Under the pieces are notes generated by a model that was not told the origin of the DNA, made no database searches, and saw only the letters and a program-made list of their open reading frames with translations. Positions 27,718 to 38,199 of a stretch of DNA of 64,000 bases are shown here, piece after piece; position 1 is the first letter of the stretch; every line of letters starts with the position of its first letter. Location of the stretch: the NCBI GenBank assembly GCA_902547925.1, contig CACCQD010000001.1, positions 26,557-90,556 of the forward strand, given 5' to 3'. The stretch comes from an uncultured SAR116 cluster alpha proteobacterium. GTDB lineage: Bacteria; Pseudomonadota; Alphaproteobacteria; Puniceispirillales; Puniceispirillaceae. The position numbers and the translations under genes are program-made.

Positions 27718-28493
27718 GCAGTATCACCGGCAGCAACAATGAACGCATCAACACCTGTTGCTTTCACCGCCGTAGCGACCGCCTCAGCCGCCTGCCCAAC
27801 AACAGCCTCATCAAGCCCGCTGATTACAACAGCCGTGCCAAAATTTCCCGGTTTGAACCAGGGATAACTACCGATGGAGATGCCCTTGTGCGCGGCCTGT
27901 ACATTGGCAAGAAAAGTGGCAATTGTACCCTCACCTGTGGCGCATTGAACGGTAATCCGGGTCATCATAACGCCACCCGGAAGGCGGGAGGCCAAACCCT
28001 CGAACATCGCCTGCAGGATTGACGGCACACCCGGCATAACATGCACATTCTCGAGAATGAACCCCGGTGCAGCACTCAGCGGATTGTCAATCAGCATGGC
28101 ATCCATTGGTATGTCGGCCATCTTCTTTCGTGCGGCGTTGAATTCCAGATCTGTATTCTGGTAGTGCTTTTGCAGCACCGCCTCAGCCTCGGGATGTCGG
28201 ATCACCTGTTTGTCAAAGGCCGCTGCAATGGCATCAGTCGTGATGTCATCATGAGTAGGCCCTATCCCGCCACTGGTGAAGACAAGGTCAAACCGCGCCG
28301 ACAAATCGCGAACCGTATCAATAATCACCTGTTTAATGTCGGGAATGATCCGCGCTTCGTGCAACGTGATACCCATTGCGCCAAACTGTTCGGCCAGCCA
28401 CCCGATGTTTTTGTCTTTTGTGCGGCCTGACAGGATCTCATCACCAATCACAATGATCGCAGCTGTCGGGTTCGGTTTTGCAAGCTGAGACAT
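27714..28493 (-). CDS. CinA-like molybdopterin-binding (MoCF biosynthesis) domain protein, without a PncC deamidase domain
   Basis: 259 aa. N-terminus AAIIVIGDEILSGRTKDKN and block FTSGGIGPTHDDIT are typical of the CinA N-terminal domain. Confidence 0.8.
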   Translation of the reverse strand: MSQLAKPNPTAAIIVIGDEILSGRTKDKNIGWLAEQFGAMGITLHEARIIPDIKQVIIDTVRDLSARFDLVFTSGGIGPTHDDITTDAIAAAFDKQVIRHPEAEAVLQKHYQNTDLEFNAARKKMADIPMDAMLIDNPLSAAPGFILENVHVMPGVPSILQAMFEGLASRLPGGVMMTRITVQCATGEGTIATFLANVQAAHKGISIGSYPWFKPGNFGTAVVISGLDEAVVGQAAEAVATAVKATGVDAFIVAAGDTA

Positions 28494-28680
28494 CTATACT
28501 CTTTTCTGTAATTTTGCGACTGCGATCATATTTAGTGCCATTGGGGGCCAGCAAAAAGGGTGCACAACCATTTCTGCCCTAAATACCGTTAAAATACCCC
28601 AGCGGGGGCTTGGCAGGACAACCGTTTGGCTTTAGTGCTATGCGCTGGCTGACATCAACCCTACCACAGCAGGAAAGACA

Positions 28681-29469
28681 ATGCGAAACGAAGCAGTTAT
28701 GCGCCACACAGAAGATGGTTTTGCCGGTATGCGCGCGGCCGGAAAGCTGGCCGCAGAGGTGCTGGATATGATCGCGCCGCATGTTGTGGCCGGGGTAATA
28801 ACAGAAGAACTCGACAGGCGCTGCCATGATTACATCCTTGCGCATGGTGCCATGCCGGCTCCGCTGAATTACAAGGGCTTTCCAAAATCCACCTGCATCT
28901 CTCTCAACCATGTTGTCTGTCACGGCATTCCAGGTCCAAAAACCCTGCGCACCGGCGACATTCTGAATATCGACGTTACGGTGATTCTGGACAGCTGGTA
29001 TGGTGATACGTCACGGATGTTTTTTGTCGGAACGCCATCGATCAAGGCCAAATTGCTGAGCGAGGTTACCTATGAGTGCCTGATGCGCGGCATTGCCGCC
29101 GCGCGTGCCGGAAACACCCTTGGCGATATTGGCCATGCAATCCAAAGCTATGCTGAGGCAATGCGGTTTTCCGTTGTGCGTGATTTTACCGGTCATGGTT
29201 TGGGACAGACGTTTCACTGCGCACCCACGGTGTTGCACTACGGCAACCCTGGAACAGGACTGACGCTGGAACCCGGCATGATCTTCACCATTGAACCGAT
29301 GATCAACGCTGGCAAGGCTGAGACCAAGATTCTTGGCGACGGATGGACCGCGGTCACCCGTGACAAATCCCTGTCTGCGCAGTTTGAACATTCTATTGGG
29401 ATCACCGAGGGCGACCCGGAGATTTTCACCCTGTCACCTGCCGGGCACACACAACCGCCTTACAGGTGA
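28681..29469 (+). CDS. map: Type I methionine aminopeptidase
   Basis: 262 aa. Blocks NYKGFPKSTCISLNHVVCHGIP, DILNIDVTV, FTGHGLG, FTIEPM and QFEHSIGIT carry the metal-ligand contexts. Confidence 0.93.
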   Translation: MRNEAVMRHTEDGFAGMRAAGKLAAEVLDMIAPHVVAGVITEELDRRCHDYILAHGAMPAPLNYKGFPKSTCISLNHVVCHGIPGPKTLRTGDILNIDVTVILDSWYGDTSRMFFVGTPSIKAKLLSEVTYECLMRGIAAARAGNTLGDIGHAIQSYAEAMRFSVVRDFTGHGLGQTFHCAPTVLHYGNPGTGLTLEPGMIFTIEPMINAGKAETKILGDGWTAVTRDKSLSAQFEHSIGITEGDPEIFTLSPAGHTQPPYR

Positions 29470-29523
29470 TCATTTCCTGTGATCTGTAAACTATTTTTTA
29501 GGATAACTGCTGTACCAAAAGGT

Positions 29524-30184
29524 ATGGCAGACCATCACACAAAAGGACATCGCCAGCGCATGCGTGAGAGGTTGCTGAGCAAAGGCGCCGAAACGCTGAC
29601 CGAGTTGGAGATACTCGAAATGCTTTTGTTTGACGGGCCGCCGCGCGGTGACACAAAACCCATTGCCAAAAGTCTGATACGGCAATCCGGGTCGCTTGCT
29701 GCTTTGCTACGAGCGCGTAAAGCGTCTGACCGAACAGCGTTGGCTCGGTGACGCGTCCATTAGTGCGCTGAAACTCCGTGACGCAGCCAGCCTAAATCTG
29801 GCGCATTCCGATATCCACAACCGTCCGGTACTAAACAGTTGGGGGGCGGTCAAACATTATTGCATCAACCGACTTGTGCATGAACCGATCGAGTATGTGA
29901 TCATGCTTTGTCTTGATAACCGCAATCGCCTGATTGCCGAGGAAACATTGTCAAAGGGCACCGTTGACCAAACCCCGGTATATTTGCGTGAGGTGATCAA
30001 TGCCGCGCTGAAACATCATACCTAGGCCGTGATCCTTGCTCACAATCATCCGAGTGGAGAGACAACACCATCGCCCACCGATATCGAGATGACCGAGGAA
30101 TTGCAACGTGCGCTCAGCCTGGTGACGTTTGATCTGCATGACCATTTGATTGTCGCCGTTACACAATGTATCAGTTTCAAGTGA
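29524..30184 (+). pseudogene. radC: radC (JAMM-motif DNA repair protein RadC family), disrupted by one frameshift and one in-frame TAG
   Basis: Frame 1 reads MADHHTKGHRQRMRERLLSKGAETLTELEILEMLLF...GSLAALL. Homology continues in the next frame from about 29706-29712 (ERVKRLTEQRWLGDASISALKL...PVYLREVINAALKHHT). A TAG lies at 30023-30025. The same frame then continues AVILAHNHPSGETTPSPTDIEMT...HDHLIV to TGA at 30184. Confidence 0.85.
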
Positions 30185-30216
30185 ATAGGCCAGCTATGAT
30201 ATAGGCGTTGTCGCAG

Positions 30217-30405
30217 CTATTTGTCAGATGACGTGACCTTGTCCTTGGCTTGGCGGGTCAACTCCCCAGCACGTCGACTCGCCCGCAACAGACCTGGTTT
30301 CGCCGCCTTTAACGCCTTGTCAGCTGCCTCACCAGCTTTTTTCTGAACAGTTGGATTCCGCGCAGCTTGCATTAAGGCACCAAAAATGATCCGACGTAAC
30401 AGCAT
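30217..30405 (-). CDS. Small basic hypothetical protein (62 aa)
   Basis: ORF 30217..30435. Preferred start is ATG 30405 (MLLRRIIFGALMQAARNPTVQKKAGEAADKALKAAKPG...) with GAGGA about 10 nt upstream. No recognisable family. Confidence 0.45.
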   Translation of the reverse strand: MLLRRIIFGALMQAARNPTVQKKAGEAADKALKAAKPGLLRASRRAGELTRQAKDKVTSSDK

Positions 30406-30513
30406 CTTGTGGTTATCCTCGCATTGCAGCCACAAATTGTAGGTTCAGCACTGGTTTTTACCCTTCCGTAATGATACAACTTGTGCCTATCCAACGCAAA
30501 GGAAATTGACCAC

Positions 30514-31830
30514 ATGATCCCGCGATATTCCCGGCCAGAAATGAGTGTCATCTGGTCGGAGGAAAGTAAGTTTCAAATCTGGTTCGAAATTGAGGCTCAT
30601 GCCTGTGACGCGCAAGCCGCACTTGGCGTGATCCCTGCCGAAGCGGCGCAAACAGTTTGGGAAAAAGGCGCTTTTGACATCGACCGCATCAACGAGATTG
30701 AGCGCGAGACAAAACATGATGTGATCGCTTTTCTGACAAATCTTGCCGAACATGTTGGCCCGGAGGCGCGCTTTATTCACCAAGGGATGACTTCCTCAGA
30801 CCTTCTTGACACCACCCTTGCGGTGCAGATGACGCGAGCCAGCGCCCTCATGCTTGAGGGAATTGAGCGTCTGCTGACCGCATTGCGCAGTCGCGCTTAC
30901 GAGTTCAAGCGCACACCAATCATTGGCCGCAGCCATGGCATCCACGCCGAACCAACCACATTTGGCCTGAAGCTTGCCACATTCTACGCCGAATTTGCCC
31001 GCTGTTACCGCCGCCTGCAGGCAGCGCGTGACGAAATTGCCACTTGTGCCATTTCCGGAGCTGTGGGCACCTTTGCCCATATCGATCCTGCTGTGGAGTT
31101 CCATGTCGCAGCAAAGATGGGGCTTACAATCGAACCTGTCTCGACACAAATCATCCCTCGTGACCGGCACGCGATGTTCTTTGCCACACTCGGGGTGATC
31201 GCAAGTTCAGTTGAGCGTCTGGCAACCGAGATTCGTCATATGCAACGCACCGAGGTTCGGGAGGCGGAGGAATTCTTTTCTGCGGGACAGAAGGGTTCAT
31301 CGGCAATGCCGCACAAGCGCAACCCTGTATTGACCGAAAATCTGACAGGCATCGCACGAATCGTGCGAGCCGCTGTTATTCCGGCACTGGAAAATGTGGC
31401 GCTCTGGCATGAACGTGATATCTCGCACTCATCCGTGGAGCGTGTGTTCGGTCCAGATGCTACAATTAGCCTTGATTTTGCCCTGCACCGGCTCGCTGGC
31501 GTGATGGAAAATCTGCTGGTCTACCCAAAGCAAATGCAGGCCAATCTTGATCAGCTTGGTGGACTCGTTCATTCTCAGCAGGTCCTGTTGGCGCTCACCC
31601 AAGCCGGAGTGAGCCGGGAGGACGCCTACAAATATGTCCAGCGAAATGCGATGCGGGTATGGCAGGAGTGTGGCAGCTACCTTGATCTGCTGAAATCCGA
31701 CGAAGATGTGCGGGCCCACCTCGATGATGCAGCGCTGGAATCACTGTTCGATCTGGACCAGCATTTTCACCATGTCGATACAATCTTTGAGCGTGTTTTT
31801 ACCGATCAGCCAGCAACAGATGCCGCATAG
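30514..31830 (+). CDS. purB: Adenylosuccinate lyase
   Basis: ORF 30481..31830. Start at ATG 30514 (MIPRYSRPEMSVIWSEE). Signature GSSAMPHKRNP. AAGGAA lies upstream. Confidence 0.93.
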   Translation: MIPRYSRPEMSVIWSEESKFQIWFEIEAHACDAQAALGVIPAEAAQTVWEKGAFDIDRINEIERETKHDVIAFLTNLAEHVGPEARFIHQGMTSSDLLDTTLAVQMTRASALMLEGIERLLTALRSRAYEFKRTPIIGRSHGIHAEPTTFGLKLATFYAEFARCYRRLQAARDEIATCAISGAVGTFAHIDPAVEFHVAAKMGLTIEPVSTQIIPRDRHAMFFATLGVIASSVERLATEIRHMQRTEVREAEEFFSAGQKGSSAMPHKRNPVLTENLTGIARIVRAAVIPALENVALWHERDISHSSVERVFGPDATISLDFALHRLAGVMENLLVYPKQMQANLDQLGGLVHSQQVLLALTQAGVSREDAYKYVQRNAMRVWQECGSYLDLLKSDEDVRAHLDDAALESLFDLDQHFHHVDTIFERVFTDQPATDAA

Positions 31831-31845
31831 GGGGCTGACGCACAA

Positions 31846-32580
31846 ATGACTGACAGACAGCAGCTTTATGAAGGCAAGGCAAAGGTCATTTTTGAGGGGC
31901 CAGAGGACGGTACACTCGTTCAATATTTCAAAGATGACGCGACCGCTTTCAACGCACAGAAGAAAGACGTGATCACCGGCAAGGGGGTGCTGAACAATTA
32001 TATCAGCGAACACATCATGCAGGCGGTGGAGCAGATCGGCATTCCCACGCATTTTCTTGAACGGCTGAATGACAGGGAACAACTGATCCGCAAGCTCAAG
32101 ATAATTCCGGTTGAAATTGTAGTGCGCAATGTGGCTGCTGGCTCGATCTGTCCCCGGCTGGGGCTTGAGGAAGGGTCTGCCCTGCCCAACACGCTGGTGG
32201 AGTTCTGCCTTAAGGATGATGCGCTGGGTGATCCGATCATCGCCGCCGAACATATCACAACATTTGGCTGGGCCAGTCCGGATGAGCTGGATGTCATCTA
32301 TGATGACACGCTGCGGATCAACGACTTTCTGACAGGATTGTTTCACGGCATCGGTGTGAGGCTGGTTGATTTCAAGCTGGAATTCGGCCGCGAGCAGAGA
32401 AAAGATGGGGTAAGGGTGATTCTTGCTGACGAAATTAGCCCGGATAACTGCCGCCTGTGGGACGCTCAAACGAATGAGAAAATGGACAAGGATAGGTTTC
32501 GGCGCGACCTTGGCGGCCTGATTGATGCCTATCAGGAGATTGCCCGTCGCCTCGGCGTCCCGGTACCGGATCTGTCCTAG
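31846..32580 (+). CDS. purC: Phosphoribosylaminoimidazole-succinocarboxamide (SAICAR) synthase
   Basis: 244 aa. N-terminus [30 protein letters not shown] and block [13 protein letters not shown]. Confidence 0.93.
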   Translation: MTDRQQLYEGKAKVIFEGPEDGTLVQYFKDDATAFNAQKKDVITGKGVLNNYISEHIMQAVEQIGIPTHFLERLNDREQLIRKLKIIPVEIVVRNVAAGSICPRLGLEEGSALPNTLVEFCLKDDALGDPIIAAEHITTFGWASPDELDVIYDDTLRINDFLTGLFHGIGVRLVDFKLEFGREQRKDGVRVILADEISPDNCRLWDAQTNEKMDKDRFRRDLGGLIDAYQEIARRLGVPVPDLS

Positions 32581-32628
32581 CGACAATCACAACAGACAAA
32601 CTGGCAGCAACACACCAAAGGTAGACAC

Positions 32629-32877
32629 ATGCAAGTCATCGTCAATATTTCACTCAAAGAAGGGGTTCTGGACCCCCAGGGTTTGGCCATCGCACGGTCA
32701 TTGAATGATTTGGGATTTCAGGAAGTTGACGGAATTCGTGTCGGCAAGAGAATTGTCCTTGAAGTGGACGAAACCGATGAGGCAAGGCTCCACCAGCGTG
32801 TTGCTAAAATGTGCGAGACGTTGCTGTCAAACACAGTGATCGAAGATTACGACATCGACATTCCAGACGGACAATAA
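32629..32877 (+). CDS. purS: Phosphoribosylformylglycinamidine synthase subunit PurS
   Basis: 82 aa. Block VNISLKEGVLDPQGLAIARSL is typical of PurS. Its TAA stop overlaps the purQ ATG (TAATG). Confidence 0.9.
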   Translation: MQVIVNISLKEGVLDPQGLAIARSLNDLGFQEVDGIRVGKRIVLEVDETDEARLHQRVAKMCETLLSNTVIEDYDIDIPDGQ

Positions 32878-33584
32878 TGATGAGCCTCACCTCAATGCGA
32901 ATTGCCATTCTTGTTTTCCCCGGATCAAATTGTGATCGGGACATGATGGTGGCCATAGAAAGGCTGACAGGCCGACGCCCCTCGCTCGTCTGGCACAAGG
33001 AAAGTAGCCTTGATTCGATTGATCTTGCGATCATTCCAGGTGGCTTCTCATTTGGCGACTATCTGCGCTGTGGCGCGCTAGCGGCGCGCGCGCCGGTGAT
33101 TGACGCGGTACTTGACCATGCTGCGCGTGGCGGGGCTATCATGGGCGTCTGCAACGGGTTTCAGATTCTCCTTGAAACCGGTCTTCTGCCCGGTGTTCTG
33201 GTAAAGAATGCGGGGCTAAAATATATTTGCCGCAACGTTACCGTGGACGTTTGCGACACCATCGACTCACCCTTCACCCAAAATCTTGAGACCGGAACAC
33301 GGCTGACCATGCCGGTCGCACATAATGAGGGGAATTATTTTGTTGACGAGGATAAGCTTGCGCGGTTGAACGACAATGGGCAAATTGCCTTTCGCTATAC
33401 AGACGGGTCTGCCCATGGGCCAGCCAATCCAAATGGATCATCGCTCAACATCGCCGGTATCGTCTCCGCCAATGGTCGTGTGATGGGCATGATGCCACAT
33501 CCTGAAAGAGCCATATCGCCCGAGTTGGGCGGCTCTGACGGTGCCACATTGTTGCAGGGATGTCTGGAGGCATTGGCATCATGA
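32877..33584 (+). CDS. purQ: Phosphoribosylformylglycinamidine synthase glutaminase subunit PurQ
   Basis: ORF 32811..33584. Start moved to ATG 32877 ([22 protein letters not shown]). Blocks [17 protein letters not shown] (nucleophile Cys) and MMPHPER. Confidence 0.92.
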   Translation: MMSLTSMRIAILVFPGSNCDRDMMVAIERLTGRRPSLVWHKESSLDSIDLAIIPGGFSFGDYLRCGALAARAPVIDAVLDHAARGGAIMGVCNGFQILLETGLLPGVLVKNAGLKYICRNVTVDVCDTIDSPFTQNLETGTRLTMPVAHNEGNYFVDEDKLARLNDNGQIAFRYTDGSAHGPANPNGSSLNIAGIVSANGRVMGMMPHPERAISPELGGSDGATLLQGCLEALAS

Positions 33585-35785
33585 GTGAACCGGAAATAAC
33601 CTTTGAGAATGCAGCGTCCATGGGATTGTCAGAGGCTGAATGGGACCTGATCCTGAAACGCCTCAAACGGACGCCAAACCTCTGTGAGCTCGGAATTTTC
33701 TCGGCAATGTGGTCAGAGCATTGCTCATACAAATCATCAAAAAAATGGCTGAAAACCCTTCCCGTAGATGGCCCACAGGTGATCGAGGGGCCGGGCGAAA
33801 ATGCCGGCGCCGTCGCTATTGGTGACGGTCTTGCCGCCATCTTCAAGATCGAGAGCCACAATCACCCCTCTTACATCGAGCCTTATCAGGGTGCGGCGAC
33901 AGGTGTTGGCGGCATCCTCCGCGACGTATTCACCATGGGAGCGCGGCCAGTGGCATTGTTGAATGCCTTGCGCTTTGGGGCCGCCGATCACGAGAAAACC
34001 AGGCATTTACTTGGTGGTGTTGTCTCGGGAATTGGTGGATATGGCAATTGTATTGGCATTCCAACCGTTGGGGGCGAAGTCAATTTCGATGCCTCCTACA
34101 ATGGCAACATTCTGGTAAACGCAATGGCTGTCGGGCTGGCCAACAGCGATCGTATTTTCCAATCTGCTGCCACTGGCCCGGGAAACCCGGTTATTTACGT
34201 TGGCGCAAAGACAGGGCGTGACGGTATCCATGGGGCAACCATGGCATCAGCCGAATTTTCTGATGAGAACGAGTCGAAGCGACCAACCGTGCAGGTGGGC
34301 GACCCATTCACTGGCAAATTGCTGATGGAGGCTTGTCTGGAACTCATGGCCTCTGATTCCGTCCTCTCAATTCAGGATATGGGGGCAGCCGGTCTCACCT
34401 CCTCATCGGTGGAGATGGCATCAAAGGGTGGATTGGGTATGGAGATCGACCTCGATCTTGTGCCCGTCCGCGAACAGGGTATGAGCGCCTATGAATTGAT
34501 GCTCTCGGAAAGCCAAGAGCGCATGCTCATGGTTCTGAAACCCGATGCAACACAGACTGCCCGCGAAATCTTTGATAAATGGGATCTCGATTTCATGCCA
34601 ATCGGTCAGGTCACCGAAACAAGCAGACTGGTCCTGCTCAAGGATGGCATCAAGGCCTGTGATATTCCGCTTGATCCCCTCGTTGATGACGCCCCCGAAT
34701 ATGACAGGCCGCAGGCCGAATTTGTTCCGCACCCTGTTATTGCAAGCAAAACGATCACATCGGATGCGCCAATAAGCCACATCCTGATGCAATTGCTCGG
34801 AACAGTTGATCTTGCCAGTCGCAGATGGGTTTACGAACAATACGACAGTCAAGTCATGGCGGATACCCTGCAAGGGCCCGGGGGCGACGCTGGTCTGATC
34901 CGGGTTCATGGCACCCAGCGCGGTTTGGCAATGTCGACAGATTGCACGCCGCGCTATGTCGAGGCCGATCCGCGCACCGGTGGTGCGCAGGCGGTAGCCG
35001 AGTCCTATCGCAACATCTGCGCCGTCGGTGCGCACCCGTTGGCAATCACCAACAATTTGAATTTTGGCAACCCGGAGAAGCCAGAAATCATGACACAGAT
35101 GGCTCAAACGGTGATGGGAATAGGTGAAGCAGCGCTGGCCCTCGACACGCCCGTGGTATCAGGCAATGTGTCGCTCTACAACGAGACCGATGGGCGGGCA
35201 ATCAGTCCCTGCCCAGTGGTTGGCATGGTTGGCGTTATTGATGATATTGCCAAAGCTGTTGGGATCGCCCCAACGGCATCTGGTCAGACGCTGATAGTTA
35301 TTGGGCAGGATGAAACCTGCAATGATGGTTGGCTTGGCGCCTCACTATACGCCCGCCATTTGGCCGGGGAACCGCAGGCGGCACCCCCTCCTGTCAGGCT
35401 TGATTCTGAGCGCAGGACCGGCGAGTTCCTGCAAGCACAGATAGGCGCTGGCAACATCATCGCGGCGCATGATGTCAGCGATGGTGGTCTGGCCGTAACC
35501 ATTGCCGAGATGTGCATGGCAGTTGGGCTTGGAGCGTCTATAGCAACACCGGATGGAGGCAACGCCCATGGGTGGGCCTTTGGTGAGGATCAAGGCCGCT
35601 ATGTGATTGCTACAGATAATGCAGAGGCACTAATTAACGCCGCCAAAACTGCCGGTGTCAGCATTTGTGTCCTTGGTATGATCTCAGCCAAAGATGAATT
35701 GAAATTTGGCGAAGGTGATGCCATATCAGTCGTGAAGATGAAAACCAGTGTCGAGGCAACAATCCCGGCATTGATGAATGGCTGA
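33581..35785 (+). CDS. purL: Phosphoribosylformylglycinamidine synthase subunit PurL (FGAM synthase II)
   Basis: ORF 33560..35785. Start at ATG 33581 overlaps the purQ TGA (ATGA). Blocks [16 protein letters not shown] and [27 protein letters not shown]. Confidence 0.93.
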   Translation: MSEPEITFENAASMGLSEAEWDLILKRLKRTPNLCELGIFSAMWSEHCSYKSSKKWLKTLPVDGPQVIEGPGENAGAVAIGDGLAAIFKIESHNHPSYIEPYQGAATGVGGILRDVFTMGARPVALLNALRFGAADHEKTRHLLGGVVSGIGGYGNCIGIPTVGGEVNFDASYNGNILVNAMAVGLANSDRIFQSAATGPGNPVIYVGAKTGRDGIHGATMASAEFSDENESKRPTVQVGDPFTGKLLMEACLELMASDSVLSIQDMGAAGLTSSSVEMASKGGLGMEIDLDLVPVREQGMSAYELMLSESQERMLMVLKPDATQTAREIFDKWDLDFMPIGQVTETSRLVLLKDGIKACDIPLDPLVDDAPEYDRPQAEFVPHPVIASKTITSDAPISHILMQLLGTVDLASRRWVYEQYDSQVMADTLQGPGGDAGLIRVHGTQRGLAMSTDCTPRYVEADPRTGGAQAVAESYRNICAVGAHPLAITNNLNFGNPEKPEIMTQMAQTVMGIGEAALALDTPVVSGNVSLYNETDGRAISPCPVVGMVGVIDDIAKAVGIAPTASGQTLIVIGQDETCNDGWLGASLYARHLAGEPQAAPPPVRLDSERRTGEFLQAQIGAGNIIAAHDVSDGGLAVTIAEMCMAVGLGASIATPDGGNAHGWAFGEDQGRYVIATDNAEALINAAKTAGVSICVLGMISAKDELKFGEGDAISVVKMKTSVEATIPALMNG

Positions 35786-35806
35786 ACAGATACCGGAGAC
35801 AGCACC

Positions 35807-36046
35807 ATGGCGATGCATGCATCAGAAATCGAGAGCCTGATCCAGGCGGCCTTTCCCGATGCGACCATCACGATCGAGGATTTGCGCGGCGATGGTGATC
35901 ACTATGCCTGCAATGTCGTGTCATCAGCATTCGTCGGCAAGACACGGGTCCAGCAACATCAAATGGTCTATCAGGCGCTTGATGGACGAATGGGGGGGGA
36001 ATTGCATGCCCTCGCCCTGCAAACCTCAACGCCAAAGGGCGCGTGA
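35807..36046 (+). CDS. bolA: BolA-family protein
   Basis: 79 aa. Blocks ITIEDLRGDGDHY and QQHQMVYQAL...ELHALALQT. Directly upstream of a monothiol glutaredoxin gene. Confidence 0.85.
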   Translation: MAMHASEIESLIQAAFPDATITIEDLRGDGDHYACNVVSSAFVGKTRVQQHQMVYQALDGRMGGELHALALQTSTPKGA

Positions 36047-36108
36047 CTGATCGCAAACGCCAACCCAGATGTCAGCGCCACGGTTAAACCAATAAAAGGA
36101 GTTTTTAA

Positions 36109-36447
36109 ATGTTGGATGACGCAACAAAAGAACGGATCGACGCCGATGTCGCCAGTGAGGACGTGGTTCTCTTCATGAAAGGAACACCTGTGTTTCCGCA
36201 GTGCGGGTTTTCAGCCGCTGTCGTGGGCGTGTTGACGCATCTCGGCGTTCCTTTCAGGGGCATCAATGTGCTTGAAGATGACAGCATCCGTGAGGGCATC
36301 AAAGCCTATTCAGACTGGCCAACAATCCCACAGCTCTATGTGAAGCGGGAATTTGTCGGTGGCTGCGATATCATCCGTGAAATGTATGAAACAGGTGAAT
36401 TGACCGAGATGTTCCAGACGCAAGGAATTGACGCAAAACCGTCCTGA
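36109..36447 (+). CDS. grxD: Grx4-family monothiol glutaredoxin
   Basis: 112 aa. Active site CGFS in VVLFMKGTPVFPQCGFS, plus WPTIPQLYV and FVGGCDI. Confidence 0.92.
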   Translation: MLDDATKERIDADVASEDVVLFMKGTPVFPQCGFSAAVVGVLTHLGVPFRGINVLEDDSIREGIKAYSDWPTIPQLYVKREFVGGCDIIREMYETGELTEMFQTQGIDAKPS

Positions 36448-36843
36448 TCACGCCTCAGGATTGCGTCCCGCGTCCGAATCAAGGCTAACATCAAAGGTAC
36501 GGTGACCAACAATCTCGGCAATGCGGACATGGTACCAATCGTAAAATTCCTTGCGGCCCATTTGCTGCGCGGCAAGGTGTTCGGCATTAATCTGCCAATT
36601 GCGAATTGACTCGCGGTCCTGCCAATAGGACACGGTTATCCCGAGGCCATCGTCACCGCGCACTGACTCAACCCCAAGAAATCCTTGTTGCCGCTGTGCC
36701 AGCGTAACCATTCTGTCGGCGGTAATCTGATACATATTTTCGTCCGACATGGTACGTTGCGCTGTAAAAATCACGGCGAAATAGGTGCCTGGCCACCCGG
36801 CTCTCATTGGTACCGGTGCTTGCTGCACCTCATCCTCAGCCAT
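36448..36843 (-). CDS. Antibiotic-biosynthesis-monooxygenase (ABM) domain protein
   Basis: ORF 36448..36849 has a GTG start. Preferred start is ATG 36843 (MAEDEVQQ...). The ferredoxin-like ABM pattern is YFAVIFTAQR...GFLGVESVRGDDGLGITVSYWQDRESIRNW. Confidence 0.75.
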   Translation of the reverse strand: MAEDEVQQAPVPMRAGWPGTYFAVIFTAQRTMSDENMYQITADRMVTLAQRQQGFLGVESVRGDDGLGITVSYWQDRESIRNWQINAEHLAAQQMGRKEFYDWYHVRIAEIVGHRTFDVSLDSDAGRNPEA

Positions 36844-37355
36844 TAACACCTCCCATTACAATCAACCCTTTTAGGCACCATTTCTTTTATAAAACAAATC
36901 CTCAAGAACCCATCTTCAAGACGGCGAGCCATCTCAACGAAACCAATCTCAGGATACCAGGTCAAGTTCTGTTCCATGGCCCCATTCATGTAAAGATGAT
37001 AATGCTAAACACCCCGCTTTAGCAAAAATGTCTCGCAGGCCGCAATTTAGGCCGAGCCAACGCCTCGTCCCTGCGCCTCTGGGCTTGCCGCAATATTGTC
37101 GAGGAGCCATTCTCCATTCCTTTGAAGAACGAAGGCATAGCCCATAACAGAGCCCTGCTTCTTCTCACTTTGTGCAATAAAAACAGTATCCTTTAAAACA
37201 TGTCCTGAAAAATCTGCGTTCATCGATGCTGGCGGTTTGCCAATCAATGGGACATAACGTTCGAAAGACTTTCGGGCAATCAGTTTGATTGCCGCCACCT
37301 CAGTGGTCATGGCCAGTCCGAAAAAAGGCCGTTTCTTCTCATCATCTGGTGTCAT
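36843..37355 (-). pseudogene. GNAT-family N-acetyltransferase interrupted by two in-frame stop codons (TAA, TAG)
   Basis: The N-terminal ORF (102 aa) ends ...NIAASPEAQGRGVGSA at TAA (37049-37047), inside the acetyl-CoA-binding Q/RxxGxG/A motif. The same frame continues IAACETFLLKRGV, then TAG (37007-37005), then HYHLYMNGAMEQNLTWYPEIGFVEMARRLEDGFLRICFIK. The final TAA overlaps the ABM ATG (TAATG). Confidence 0.8.
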
Positions 37356-37451
37356 GGTTCATCACCGCTTACAATAAAAGAGGCAGCACCTATGGCACCG
37401 CCCCCTAACAAATCAGCGATAGCAACGCTTAGATCACTAGCGGAGCCCTAT

Positions 37452-38078
37452 CTAGCGTGAGTAATACTCGACAACCAGATTTGGTTCCATCTGAACCGGA
37501 TAAGGCACCTCATCCAACGTCGGCACGCGGACGAAGGTTGCGGTAAATTTATTGTGATCAGCCTCAACATATTCGGGCACATCACGCTCAACAGAAGCAA
37601 CCGCTTCAAGCACGGCGGGAATGTTCTTCGCCTTTTCCTTGAGAGCAATCTGATCCCCCGGCTTCAGCAGCACCGAGCCGATGTTGCAACGTTTGCCATT
37701 CAGCATCACATGCCCGTGGCTGATAATCTGGCGGGCAGCAAAAACAGTTGGAACCATCTTCGCGCGGTACAGAACAGCATCGAGGCGCGTTTCGAGAATA
37801 CCGACCAAATTCTGGCCAGTGTCACCTTTGCCAGATGCGGCCTTGGTGTAATATTTTTTGAATTGCTTTTCACCAATATTGCCGTAATAGCCTTTTAGCT
37901 TCTGCTTGGCCATCAACTGCACACCGAAGTCAGTTGGCTTCTTGCGGCGCTGACCGTGCTGACCGGGGCCATATTCACGTGAATTGAGAGGAGATTTTGG
38001 ACGACCCCAAAGGTTTACACCCAGACGACGGTCGATTTTGTGCTTGGCGGAATGCCGCTTGTGATCAGACTTTGCCAT
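37452..38078 (-). CDS. rpsD: 30S ribosomal protein S4
   Basis: 208 aa. Blocks [45 protein letters not shown] and the S4 RNA-binding domain [18 protein letters not shown] lies upstream of the ATG. Confidence 0.95.
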   Translation of the reverse strand: MAKSDHKRHSAKHKIDRRLGVNLWGRPKSPLNSREYGPGQHGQRRKKPTDFGVQLMAKQKLKGYYGNIGEKQFKKYYTKAASGKGDTGQNLVGILETRLDAVLYRAKMVPTVFAARQIISHGHVMLNGKRCNIGSVLLKPGDQIALKEKAKNIPAVLEAVASVERDVPEYVEADHNKFTATFVRVPTLDEVPYPVQMEPNLVVEYYSR

Positions 38079-38199
38079 AATTGGCTCCTTTTATGTTGCC
38101 CCGGTAGGGTTTTGGCTTTCGCCGCAACCGGCATCACACCCCGCTGGTGCAATCCACGTTCCCGAGAGTAGCGGAAACTACGTATCCCACCGGTTATTG

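Noticed and set aside
30436-30513. A search for a ZTP/pfl-type or other riboswitch upstream of the purine genes. I also looked upstream of cimA, the DAHP synthase gene and map.
   Set aside because: The leaders are short and I could not find the conserved riboswitch cores. This needs a covariance-model scan to be definitive.
31741-32586. A 281-aa minus-strand ORF.
   Set aside because: It covers exactly the purC gene on the opposite strand. purC has unmistakable family motifs and operon context, so this is a shadow ORF.
34421-35107. A 228-aa minus-strand ORF.
   Set aside because: It is antisense to purL and has no motif support.
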